A stretch of DNA of 60,212 nt, the filler included, from Platydemus manokwari (taxonomy: Eukaryota), in the NCBI GenBank assembly GCA_037951405.1. It is 5 parts of 5 records of this genome, joined end to end, with 100 filler letters (N's around TTAATTAATTAA, not from the genome) between each part and the next. Parts side by side here need not be neighbours in the genome. Positions count along the whole stretch, not along the records: positions 40,750 to 60,212 come from JBBMOY011922494.1; 4 more parts are not named here. The stretch is one strand, 5' to 3'. This document shows positions 40,750 to 54,179 of this stretch, piece after piece; the first letter of the stretch is position 1, and the number at the start of each line of letters is the position of its first letter. The position numbers were made by a program, and so were the translations under genes. The notes below the pieces were generated by a model. It had not been told where the DNA came from, ran no database searches, and was given only the letters and a program-made list of their open reading frames with translations.

Positions 40750-42539
40750 AACAAAAATCCATTAATCCGCATAATAATTATAAAATGAAATTATAAAATT
40801 ATATATACATTAATTATTCATTATCACAAAATTCAATAATAATTCGGAATAAAATGATCTACATCAATTGTTCATTAAAGTAAAATGAAGATGCAATAAA
40901 TTCAAATAAAGTTGCAATATCACTTTTCAATATAATAAAATCGTAAAGTCATAGTCAAATAAAATTTATTATTTGTCGATGTCTACTTTCCAATTCCAAG
41001 TTTTTGAGAATTGGAATTATTTGAGGTTTGAAGCCTTTGGGGATTTGGATATGATTGACCGTTGTATTCTCTGATAGCTTGTAGGTGTTGAGGAGTATAG
41101 CAATTGCTGAGAATATTGAGTGAAGCCTGAGGATTTATTGTGTACTCGATGACAATGAGCTCGTGGTTATTCAAAATTATTTGCCTCAATAAGAAATATG
41201 ACTTCGAATCAACTAATATTACATTGATGATAGCTGACACTTTTAAATTAATGAAGTAGTTATAGATATGATGAAAATGATAAAATACAATAAGTAATTA
41301 AACAACTGAAACGAATTTAAAATACAAAGATTTATTATGATTATGAACAAAATACAACAAACAATAAGAATTCACAAATACAACGTTTAGGAACGCCAAT
41401 TACGAAAACAAGCCTTACTTTATATTCTCTTAATTTGACCCCAATTTCCTTTGATTTATCAGCATGATTAAATTAATAATTGATAATGATTTTAACTTTT
41501 CTCGAACAAATATTGTCTATTGGAATTTTCTACATCATTAAATGGATTGTTTACATTTTAAAATATACTCTAAGATTTTAAACGTCTTCTATTCATTATT
41601 AAATTCTTAAATTAATACGATAAACTTTTGTTTTTGTTTTCAAAATAAATGACATTAAAAATAAGGTTGTATATTAGCAAAAACATTTAATTACTTCCCA
41701 CTATTTCTTTAATAATTATTTTGGGGTTTAGGGCTATCAAAATTTTGAACAACAATAATTTGAGAACAGTTATATATCGATGTGTGTGATATTATATGGA
41801 CAAAAGTATTTTTGCTTAAAATAATATTGAATATTTTAATATGAATTTTGGAAGCTTCGCGGTTAATATAAATAAAATCTAATATAAATTAAATCCAAAA
41901 TAATATGGTAAAACCAGTTTATTTATAGTATTTATCAAAATTTCATATTTAATACTTATAATATTTATCAAAATAATATAGCTTAATAATATTTGAAAAA
42001 ATCCATTGCAATTTTTGCCAATAATAAATAAAATAATATTAACAAATAACCTTCTCTATATTATAGCGCAAAAAAATAAAATAGTCCTGTGTAACAAATT
42101 TAATCATATGACAAAGTAGTCATGCATTAAATTCAAACTCACAGAATTTCTCTCTACCACACTAAATTAAAGTATATTAAACACATACTTTAATAAAATA
42201 ATAATCATGGAGAATATCTACAAATGACTCATCGCTGTCTATATAACAATTATTGCATATAAAATTCTTATATGCAAAATATGCAGTAAAGAAGGCACAA
42301 TTTAAGGTAACACCAAGATTACTATCCAGCCGAGTAGAAGACTGCTTACACAGAGTATCCTGAATTCTACTGAAAGACCTACTGTATTGCTGAGTATAGA
42401 CAAAATCTTGCAAAGAAAAACGATTTGAACCTCGGAACCCTTAATTTAGCACGTTAAACATTTGTATATCTACACAACTATACAAATATAGCAATCAAAC
42501 AACCACATCTGTCTTAAATGGAAAATTTTAATTCAAAAA

Positions 42540-43400
42540 AGAGCCTTAGTTGCACAGTAAGGCACACTCTTGTTTATCTGGGCGATATTTTAGCGTATGG
42601 AGGAACAGTAGAGGAACACACTGAGAAACTCATCAAGGTTTTCAAGTTAATTAGATAATTAGGTGTGAAAATCGATCCAGAAAAATAAAGTAGATTAAGA
42701 AAGCAGTAAAACTTCTGCATCATTCAGTTAAAGTCGTTCCTGGGGTTACGTAATTATTATGGACAATTGATCAAAGACTAGGCATTTATTATATGCGATG
42801 ATGAATGGAAATGACAAGAAATTAGAGTGGACTACAGAGTGTGAGGAAAGCTTTGGAAACCTAAAGGAACAATTATACACAGTTCCGATATTAGTCTTTA
42901 GGGATCCAAACAAAGAGATGATTTTAGATACTGACTCTAGTTTCTGAGTGATTGCGCTGTTCAAAGCTACTTGAATTATTCTTGTATAGAGAAAGTGCTT
43001 CTAAGCTTCTAGAACTCCTAACAGTCATGAAAAAAGTTATTGCATCACGATAAAGGAACTTTTGGCAATTCAAGAGTTCACTATGCATTTTAAGCATTAT
43101 CTAATGGTAAAGAAATTGTGACTCGCACTGATCACAAGTCACTGACATACATGAAGAAAACTAACAAACCAATTAACATTCAGTTTCAAACATGGTTTTC
43201 AAAGTTATCCGGATTCAATTTCCAACTTCAATATCGGAAGGGATCAGATCATGGAAATGCGGTTGGACTCTCAAGGATAGGCGGAGCATTTTGTTGACAG
43301 TGCTTAACTCAAAACCAAGGGGCTAAAGAAGGCAAGGCAAAAAGTCGGTTTATTAATGTTTTTGAGCATTCAAACACTAAGAAAGATTCAACAAGAAGAT
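42540..43400 (+). mobile_element. Decayed Ty3/Gypsy pol (RT C-terminus + RNase H)
   Basis: VYLGDILAYGGTVEEH (YLDD mutated), LEWTTECEESFGNLKEQL..PIL..DPNKEMILDTDSS, KELLAI, RTDHKSL, YRKGSDHGNAVGLSR. Confidence 0.9.
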
Positions 43401-46400
43401 AATGTCGTTAAAATACCACGACTGTCAAGAATTATCTGGGAAACGTCACATTTTAAGCTGACGTTCTTTATGGAATTTCTAAACGTATAAACAACTTTGA
43501 TTGAAAATTTCAATTGCTATTCCGACCTATTGAACAAATCCGATTGAAACACACACTTGTATGAATTATTAATGAGTTATTAACGATTATTAACGTTTAA
43601 TTAGTATATTGACCTATTGGATTTATCGATTCAAATTACTATACAACGATTAAAAGAAGCCACCAAGAAGCTAGAAACTATTTACCAGAAAAAACTACTC
43701 TAACCAAAAGAAATATTGAATTGCATCAGAGTAAAATGTACCTTATATATTTCGGCTTCTAGAAGAAACTTACCTCAATCTATATCGACGTGAAACTGAG
43801 TCAACCATATTTTATATGTTTCGGTTCCTGGAAGAGATTTTAATATTATTCAATTGGAAAAGAATGGTGAGAATATTCATTAGCTGTTGATAATATTTAT
43901 TGGCTAAATTACTTATTTAAATTAATCTTTTAAAGGTTAACATTGTCCAATTAATTCTATTATAGAATTTTTGGTATTATAGAAATTATTGGATTCTATA
44001 ATTTTTTGACATTATTTCTCATAATATCTATACACATACAGAAATATTTATAGGTTGAAACCATTTTAACTAGAGATTAAAGTCAAAAACTAAACTCTAA
44101 AAATCATACACAGGTCAAGTTCAATGGTTACGGTGCCTTTAGACCTAACTACAAAAGAAAATAATTGTGATGACTCTTATTGACATAACCATAAGAACTC
44201 GAATAAACTAATACTCTATCCTAGTAGAGTCTAACAATATGAAATAAACTCTTATAATCACTAAGTTATGTGTTCAAATTATTGTACTTTATTCATTGGT
44301 ATTTTATTCAAAGATTGTATAACTTGTTATAAAAATTATATTTTCATTTATTCTATTTTTATTTACCACCTTAATCGTTATCGTTTATAATTTTATTTAA
44401 ATACACCTTTTGAAGTCGGGTGTACATAATTAAATAAATCTTTAAAAGCTCAAACATCAAAGCAATTATCTTTAAAATAAATAGAAAATTAATTCAAATA
44501 ACTTAATTTAGATATATTTTATTTAATACAGTTAATTACAGCAAATCAACCAACTTTAAAACCCCAACAAAACTGATGTGAAGATGCCTAACTCCCACCT
44601 GGATTGTTTAGAGTGAATCCAAAATATTCTTTATTGCCAATCGGATCACGTTGGAAATCAACTAAAAATATCTTGCTTTTGAATATATCATTTTAATTAA
44701 TTTGTCGAAATGACCAAGTGAATCAGTTATTTATTGAAATTTTATATTGATATGTTTAATGATATGTTTTTTCGAGTTTTGGATGGCTTTGTATCGTACT
44801 GGTCAGTACTTGTTAGTGAAATACAGATTGCAATTTTCGATTCTTTTGGAACCCAACATTATTTCTAAAATCAGAAAATTACCATATTTATAATAATCTC
44901 ATATCCTCTCTATTTATCGAATTAATCCCAAATATATTATTATTATTCCATGTGTAGATTATCAATTGTCAACCTTCCAGAAATTGCGCCCAAAGCTCTT
45001 TCCTTTTAAGTTTATAACAGTATCTCAAATATTTGGTATTAATATTTGGTATTAATAACAAAAATGTATTGGCGGGGACCATATGGACTCATTTTATATT
45101 TATTAATGCAACCATTTTCAGTATCATTTTATTACTTTTTGATAAAGGACAGTTGTGGAATTTAAGGTTGAAATATTGGATAAAGAAGTACAAAATAATT
45201 AGAGCTGTGTCTAGTACCGCTCACCTCATCTTTATACGAGCATTGAAAGCGATCAAGGCGAACTAACATCAGAGGTCCGAAGAACTGACAAGTCACAAAC
45301 AATGCCTGAAGGTGCTGAGAAATATAACAAAATTGATTGGACCTAAAAAGTAACAATGAAACATTTCCAGATACATTTAGATAGATATTTAAAATACATT
45401 ATAAATTTATTCATATTCAACCGATTTAATTAAATATACATTGGTATAAATAATGACACAATATACAGCAATTATTCATAATGTTAATTACAAAAGTACG
45501 ACTATATATTGTTCTGCAATTATTTATTGTCCAAAATGGCAAAATTTATTTATTTGAATATTATAAATAATATTTAAGGTTTACACTGCATTTTGGAATC
45601 GGGTAGTTAAGTTTAATTGCACACATCGCAACCTAAAAGGTAAACTGTATTTTCACTTATAAAAGTTACAAATCTTTTGATAATTTACTATAAAATATTT
45701 ACCTATGACAATCAAAAATGAGCAATTGCATATTTCTAATATTCATAATATTTTAGAAGCACAGCAGCTACATTTACAAAATTTTATTTTTCTTAAACAA
45801 TTTCAACAATAATCTGTGCAAAACGTAGAAACCAAATAATTTCTTTTATAGTAATGCAGAAAATAGCGCATTTCAACGAAAACTCTTACACCCAATACGT
45901 GTTTCCGCCATATTTAAGCCAACCAACAGCTAGAGAGATTTCTTTGAGTGTAGTAAATGATTTCAGGTGTGTAAGGTGTATTTTCCTAATATTGACTATA
46001 GTAATTCAAAAGCTTAATTAAAAAGTTTTGATTTTTATTAATTTAATTAGATGGAATTTTTACATTCATAATTTTTTACGTTTAAATTAATAATATAATA
46101 TTTTTAATATTTCTAAATAGATAAAAACTTTAGTCCACCATTGTACATGCGTAGTTTTTGACTATTGTATTGCTTGATTGTATGTTTATCTTAAAATTCG
46201 GATAATCATTAATTTTGAATTTTTGATATTTAATTTCAACTTCAATAAACGTATAAATAAAATAAGTAATTTTTGGACTTAAACTTTAAATAAAATACTT
46301 TAATTTTATTCCGAATTTAAACAATATCTTTCGTTTTTTCAATTTAAATTTTGTGATTTTTGTTTCTATAAGTCTTAAGCTTTCATTATTTTAAACAATT

Positions 46401-46441
46401 TACACTTAGAACGATTAAAATAATTTTATAAAATTCTGAAT

Positions 46442-47704
46442 ATGTTTTCTAAATTTCGCTTGCCTTTGATATGCAATGTGAAAATGATATTGAAATTCAG
46501 AAATTTTGGATCGTCAACTCAGAAATTTAGGCAAGGTAGGACACCAAGACAAGTTATTGAAAACACTTTCAAAACACAGGAAGCATTTTCAGGTTACAAT
46601 TTATCAAAATAAAATAACTTTCAATAAATTTTAGCTGGCAAAACTTTCAAATTAGTTGCCGCTACATCATCACTCACTGGAATAGGAATAATATGTTATT
46701 ATGCTATGAAAAAGTCTAATGAATCATTTTCCATAATCGACAAGTCAGCAATGTGGCCATCATACGTTCGTGAAAGAGTTCGTTCTACGTACACATATTT
46801 TGCTCTTAGTAACCTAGTTACTGCTGGAAGTGCTATTGCAGTATTTCGTAATCCAACTTTGTTCAAATATGCAAGTCGAGCAACTATTCCAGCGTTAATT
46901 TTAGGAATGGCAAGTGTTATTGGTACAGGAATACTTATGCATTCAATTCCGTACGACGGATCGGTTGGTATAAAGCATGGAGCTTGGTTATTGCATTGTG
47001 GTACGTTAGGATTTGTTGTTGCTCCTGTATGTATGCTGGGAGGACAAATACTTCAAAGAGCTGCTTTGTATACTCTCGGAATTGCTGGAGGTCTATCTGC
47101 AGTGGCTATAACAGCACCGTCAGATAAATTTCTTTATATGGGTGTACCCCTTGCTATGGGTTTCGGACTTATTTTAGCTTCATCATTAGGCAAGTATTTT
47201 TAAATTGACTCGATATTTTGGAAATTAGTTTTGAAAAAATTTTAAATAACTGCAATGATTATCGGTTTTTACATTAAATTTATTATTAAATGTTAAATGA
47301 ATATTATCTTAATAACAGTTAAAGTTCATTTGAAATTTGTGTCATCAATTGTGAAATGATTTTCTTGTTAATACTAGCTGGACTGTTCCTTAATCCAGTC
47401 AGTCGCCTTGGTGCTGCTGCTTTTTCGTTTCAATTATATGGTGGATTAGTATTATTTGCGGGTTTTTTATTGTATGACACTCAAAGCGTAATTCAAAGAG
47501 CCGAGATGCATCCACCATCACGAAATACCTATGATGGCCATAAAGATTTCCCTTTATATGATCCAATAAACAAGTAAGTATGAATCCAAGTTATATATAT
47601 TAAAACACAAGATTGTTAGCTCAATGCACATCTACATGGATACTTTGAATATTTTCATTCGATTGGCCACAATTCTTGGTATGGGAAATTCTAAACGAAG
47701 ATGA
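46442..47704 (+). CDS. GHITM: Growth hormone-inducible transmembrane protein (TMBIM5/MICS1, BI-1 family)
   Basis: WPSYVRERVRSTYTYF, KHGAWLLHCG, APSDKFLYMG, LYDTQ, YDPINNSMHIYMDTLNIFIRLA; exons 46442-46592, 46635-47189, 47378-47573, 47620-47704; basic N-terminus resembling a mitochondrial presequence. Confidence 0.96.
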
Positions 47705-50700
47705 ATACTAATTATATGATTTCATGAACATTAATCCATTTGCTAGAGGTCATTAATTTTATTTGTGTATTTATGGTTTTGTTGATTTAGAGAAAAATTT
47801 AAGATTAAAATTTAAAGAATCTTTTAAGGTGCTTGATTTGATAAATTGGTAATAAAATCGCTAGCAATGTATGTGTCATTATCGGATTCTAGTTTTCATT
47901 ATAATAGGTTTACACGTTCTATTATGTTAATATTATTGATTTTGTTTCATAAATCACTTAATGCTTGCATAAGTTTAAGAATACTGTATGTCTTTTATAT
48001 TTGATTTGATTTAACAGGCTTAAAGTTTATTTTTAAATCTAAAAACGGAATTACAAGTAATTAGATAATTCAAAACATCTACAAAATTATTGATAGACTA
48101 AATCTGAAAATATTATGCGATGTGATAAAGCTTTTAAAAACCCAATACGAGTTTTATAATCTTAATATAATTATGTTTATATCCTACTGGTCCGTACGTT
48201 CATAAAAGGATTCTAGTATAGTGTTGTTCCTGATAATAGCAACAATCAATTTAATATGTTAATACCGATATCAATAATTTTTATTTAGGTTATGAGTTAT
48301 GTTATTATTAATCCGCTGTTTCAGATGACTGTGAATGCTTTGCTGAATCGTAGAAATGACAATGTCTTAAAAATAGACTGTTTCTCTTCTCACATTTATT
48401 ACTAACGTTTAATATTTATTATGACGAACCTTGAGTTTTCTTGCTTTATCTGTTCTCCAATTACCTTCAATATCTTTTTGAATAATTTGTTGACACTTAA
48501 CGATAATTATTATCGATTGTTGTCTGCTTGATTATTGTTTCGGTTTTTATAATCAATTAATATTTAATTAATAGAAAAAAATGTTTGTATTAAAGCATAA
48601 ATAATCAAAACCATTTGTTTGAATATTTGGATTGAATAAACTTTTGTGGTTTGGATTTCTTAGATTTGTTTTCAATTCATATGAAATGGCAGCTAATAAG
48701 GGATCACGCATATGGATTCGATTCTGAGACGGTCAATGTGAGAAAAAATATATAAAAGTAAACCTTATGCAGACCATTTCAAATAATTTGAGATCAGCAT
48801 TTAAGTGACGAAACCATGAGCTCAGAAGATTCGCATGCATAATCGTGACAACTTGTAAAAAATGGGTTGTAAACGACAAAGCAAAGGTGGCAAGAAAATA
48901 ATAGCCAATAAAAAGAAAATGCGTGGTAGATTCTCTAAAGGAGATCGACAACTAAAGAGAAAGATAAATACAATAAATATGAAGATTAATTATTGAAGGA
49001 TTTGGGGGAAAGTAAATATAGTAACCTGTTGAAGATATCGAAACAAATTGGTTCAGTAACAGATGATACAAACATTCGAAACAATTGAAGCATGGATTTA
49101 GACTAATAAAAACAGCTCAATTCAAAGTCAGTTAACATTTGATTTTATTATTATTTGAACTGTGTTATTTTATGCACTGGTTTTTATGGAATTTTAATAA
49201 TCTTGTGTGGCGTTGAAACTATCTTTATTTCTTTGAAATCTAAAACTTATTAAATAATTAGAAATACAGTCGGTAAAATATAAATTTTTAACTGCCTGTA
49301 ATTAAATGAAAGCCCATTAAATTTTTAAAAAAAATGATTTCGCAACTGCGATGGACTCAGTTCTAAACTAAAAACTTATTTACTAAATTATAAAGGCTGT
49401 TAATAATTAGAATGAGATTGATTCATTATAGATTCCAAAAGAAGAATAAAGACCATAAAATAGAATTGATGAAATTGTCATGTAACGTAATGTATATTAG
49501 ATTTACAAGATAATTATTTGGTGGATGTTAAGAGGAGACAACTAATGAATATTTTTAATCCAATATTTTGAGAAAAATTATAGGGATTAAAGATGGAAAT
49601 TTACGATTGTGCAAGGATTAAATCATGTAAGAAACAGTTTTGAGGATAAATTTCTAGTGTTTGCTTTGTTAAAACCAGTAAAAATTCTGAAATTAAAAAG
49701 ATAGTTATTGAACAAAATATTCTTTATAATCATCTGAATGACAGACTGAATTTCAGATCTGGTTCGGATATTTGAAAATATAAAATTGAACAAGAATATG
49801 CAGTAAATTTTATAAACGAAATATTTATTTTTAAAGATTTTGATTATACACGCAATCTACGCTTTGACTCTGCTGAGAGTCGGATATTCCAAATTCCATC
49901 ATGTCTTTTATCTGATTTTCCTCTTGTTTTTTCAATTTCATCTGGCTCTTTATTTTCTATATTAATATTATTTTCCGTTGCAGACTTCTTCAATCTTATT
50001 TTAAAAAAATCATTTGTCACCCTTCTTCTAATTCCTAAAATAAGTCTTCATCTATCTCTACTTGCTTTTCTTGCTTCAATTTAAACATCTATTCATCATT
50101 TCTTTGTAATGAGTTTCGATTCAAATTTTATTTACGTTTCTTGTAGAAATTAATTTTACTAACAACATGTATGCGTCAATGCTTCATTTTTTAACTTCTA
50201 TGAAACACTTCAAATAATTCTCTTAACTTATACACACCAGTATTCATGAAAATATTTCTTCTTATGCTGAAATATGTGAAACAATTTCAAATTAAAAAAA
50301 ACCAAATCTTTCTTTTCAAATTTGTTCACATTTAAAAAATTTATCGGGATACATTTTTGAAATGCAGAACTAACGTTTTAATCATCTTTATAAAATCAAT
50401 TGGATCGACTTGGAATTGGAGAATAAAAATCCTTAGAAGATTTATTTTCAGAAAAATATACATTTTCAATTCGTACAACAACATGCATTTCCGTAACAAT
50501 GTAATAATCTCAACCTTGCATCAACAAATAATCGTCATCGTTCAAAAACTAAATCAAATAAGTAAGTGGGGTATTTTCTTGCGTTTAATGTCGTCAACTT
50601 TCAAAAATATGTCCAGTCTCAATTTAAACATTTTTTCTCAAAAATCTGTAACGCGATTATTAAAAAAATTCCATTAGTTTTTGCTTTCATCAAATCCAAA

Positions 50701-51283
50701 ATAATCGTTTCAACTCGTCAAAATCCCAGATCTTTGAAATAATACCGCGGTACAAAGTTCATTTTTCACAATTTTCCCATTTAAAATCTTACTATTTTTG
50801 TTCATAACATAACAGACTTGTTGTGCTCTTTATAAAAAATAAGTCATGTCATTTCCCATTTTATTTTTAACAATTTCACTTTATTTTTAACTTATATTCT
50901 TTGAACCTTTTTGCTTTATCTTTATCGAACTTTTTAAATATTTCATTTAAATGAATCATATTATCATTATAAATGGCGAAAACTTAATGGAAATTAATGT
51001 TGTTTTCAGAAGGCAACAGTGCAAACTTTGTTTAGAGTCAGTGTCTAAAAAGCACAAGAGTCCTGAAATTTAATGTTTGAAAATGGGACCGACAAAATTC
51101 GAATGAATTGGCTTGATTGATCTAGAATATTAGAGATTAATTTTTAATCAAAAACCTTGTCATTCTAAGCGCTTTTCACTTATTATTATTGGAAAAAGCT
51201 GGAATCTTAGGAAAGAATTTCAAGAATGAATTAACTAAAGAACCATGAGAGTAGCTCATAAACACTTACAATAAAGAAAACAA

Positions 51284-52577
51284 TTACTGACTTAATTGTT
51301 GGATTAGAAAGAGTTCAACAAAATAATAATGGTAATTTTTAATTGTTAAAGTAACAAACTTATTGCATTCTCCGAAAGGATATTTGTTGTTAGCAATTAA
51401 TACGTCTCGCAAAGTCTTAATTGAATTTGTGAGCATTAAAATCAAATCTTCCTTAGTTTGTATACCTGCAGAGGGGCGCCACTTAGTTCTCTCCAGTGAT
51501 TTTTCATTACTGATAAATCTCTTCAGGGCACGACAAGTTTCTCTCTTTCCAACATCTAATTGCATTGAACTTTTGATAAGTTTTAGTATAATAAAGCTTG
51601 GCTTTTTGAATGAAATATCCTTCTGAAAGGTCTTTCTTGGGTCACTTTGAAATACCGATTGAGCATGTTTTCTTGATGGCGTTTATGGGCTTCGTCGGAG
51701 TTAACTTCTCAAAATTGACAGCTAGCTCTCTTCTTCTATCGTTGGACGTTGCAGGGTCGAGAGTAAATGACTCTTTCAATTTCTTGCTATTTAGACCTTG
51801 CAGAATAAATAATCTTGTAATTTCTTCGAGAGTGTTTTTCTTGTCAAACACCTCCGAAACTAGCTTTTTTACCCGAAGTTCAAAACTGCGATATTTTTCA
51901 TCTGGTCTTTGTTGCATTGATGCCAAATCCTGAACCTTGCCGTACACTGTTTTGGCATGTGAAAATGTTTCTAAAAAACATTTATCAATTTCTTCATTTG
52001 AAACAGCCTCTTTGAAACTGCTGAATTATTGCAACAGCTGTTTGGCGTCATCTCTCAAAAGCATATCAAATGCAAATGATAGCTCCATTTGATTAAAAGT
52101 CGCGAAATCTTTGGTTGTTTGGAACAATTTCTTAGCGTCTTGGATTGATGAATCGAAGAATGATGGTTTTGGAATTAATAACTCCTGCGTTTTTTGTGGC
52201 AGATTCGCAAAAGCTTTCGTTTGGCTCTAGTCTGAGTGTTAAGTTCGGCGTGGTCGCCAGTAAAAAAAAAAGTCATTTGCGTCAATATTTTATTCTGTTT
52301 TCAAAATCACACCGTTTGTTTTTTAATATTAAAACAAATCTCATTTTTTATCTAACTATTTTCAAACTCTACCTTTACTTGAATACTAGTCAAACCAAAC
52401 CTTAAGTCCTATCAAACCTAGTAAGCGGGATTGTTGTATTTATTGTATACATATTGTTATATTTATTGTTGTATAGTCATTATCTGGCTATCATGCCTGT
52501 ACAACTGTATGGACTTGCTTGTGTGCGAAATATCAAAACGAGTTTCAAATGTGCCAAGATCGAAATTTTGTGTGACA
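51284..52577 (-). mobile_element. 5' part of Ty3/Gypsy element: LTR, PBS, decayed gag and start of protease
   Basis: Candidate LTR start TGTCACAC at 52577 with AATAAA; PBS TGGCGACCACG from 52259 leftward; gag-like LASMQQRPDEKYRSFELRVKKL..FILQGL with stops. Confidence 0.75.
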
Positions 52578-53191
52578 TAAATACACGGAATTTAATTATG
52601 TTTAACAGAAAGTTTTCGAACTGAACACTATATCGGTTTGTAGAATTCTCTTGTCATAAAGTCTCAACATTTTTAACTGACTTAATAAGTAAGTTCGCTA
52701 TGCCTTAATTGATAAAACACAAATGCTAGTTTAATATTAATGCCTTATTATAAATTAATATTTAATTAATTAATTCATGCTTATAAATTATGATTGACCT
52801 TTATTTTTATTTATTTACATTATTTTTTTAGAATATTATACATTATTGTAAGAAATTTTATTATTTATAATTTGAAATATGTGCATGTTTAGAGGAAATG
52901 GACCAGATTCAAAGTAAATAAATAAATAATTCACTTTATATACATATTCATTTTAGACTCATAAATATCGAAAGGATTTACATTATTATCAATATCATAA
53001 TATTGTTAGGATGATTACTAAAACTGAATACTATTTTAATTTCAATAATAAAATTTTTGGAAATTTATTTTAAACAACTTTAATTAAAATTTCAAAAATT
53101 GAGTTTGTAAAATTCTTAATAAATTAATTCATTAACAATAACTATTTACTTCGTTTTGTTTTAATATTTTGCTAATTTAATATCGATATTT

Positions 53192-53728
53192 ATGGAATGC
53201 GATTCTATGGATATTAAGTTAATTTCAGCTGAAAGAAATGAAATAAAATTATGTTGTGATGATTTATTACAACTTCTAATCGATATGCAACTCTTAAAAT
53301 TCAAATTTTTGTGGAAACAATTACCTAAATTTATCAAAGCCGAAAATTATGCTCAGATTATTTATACTCTAGCTAGAGAACTGTGGAAGCAAAATTATGT
53401 TTCTTTTTTCCAAATTTTGAATTCAAACGAAGTTATCAGTACCATGAGCATCGACGATCGAAATAAAATTATTTTCAGTATACGAAAACAAAATATTGAA
53501 AATATATCTTTGTCTTATCAAAATATTCATTTGTCTAAATTTGCATCGTATTTAGGAATGGAAGAAAATGAAGCTTTACTTGTTGTGCAAAATGCAAATT
53601 GGAAAATTGACAATTTTAATTTTGTCCACCCAATCTCCGTTGAAATAGGTAATTTAAAAGAATATGCTCATGATAAAGAATCTATTTCTAAATTATGTCA
53701 ATTTATGACGCATATGGAGAATAATTAG
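53192..53728 (+). CDS. COPS8: COP9 signalosome subunit 8 (PCI domain), intronless
   Basis: KFLWKQLPKFIK, LWKQNY, ISLSYQNI..FASYLG..W.ID and the C-terminal LCQFMTHMEN parallel CSN8 motifs (RYLWKRIP, AYTSI, LTDYVAFLEN). Confidence 0.85.
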   Translation: MECDSMDIKLISAERNEIKLCCDDLLQLLIDMQLLKFKFLWKQLPKFIKAENYAQIIYTLARELWKQNYVSFFQILNSNEVISTMSIDDRNKIIFSIRKQNIENISLSYQNIHLSKFASYLGMEENEALLVVQNANWKIDNFNFVHPISVEIGNLKEYAHDKESISKLCQFMTHMENN

Positions 53729-54179
53729 TTTATTGAATAAATTTTCTCATATTCGACTTGTGTATTATTGCGGTTAATTTTTAAAATTTCGCTAAATTTA
53801 GACATCTCATATCATTTAAGTTATGTTTTGAATTTTGAATAATGTCAACATTATGAGAGAAAATTATTGAATGTATTTAGATGTTCTGTAAATCAAATGC
53901 TAATAAAAATTTGTTATTTAATCTTTTAATAGTTCTTTCTTTGTATTTTACCTCTATTTAAAAGGAAATTAACTTTGGCATAAGAAAAGGAAATAAGGTG
54001 GTCGATAAAACAGTCAATCAATCATCGGAACTGACACGCCTTGTTTTGCCAATGTCTTGCTAATTGGAGACGTAGTTTCTAGGCATAGTAATTAGACATA
54101 TAGCTTTTTTTCTTCGACCTAGTGAGACGATATACAGTTAATTATATTTATCATTTCATCGAAGGCTCTTAGCGGTTTT

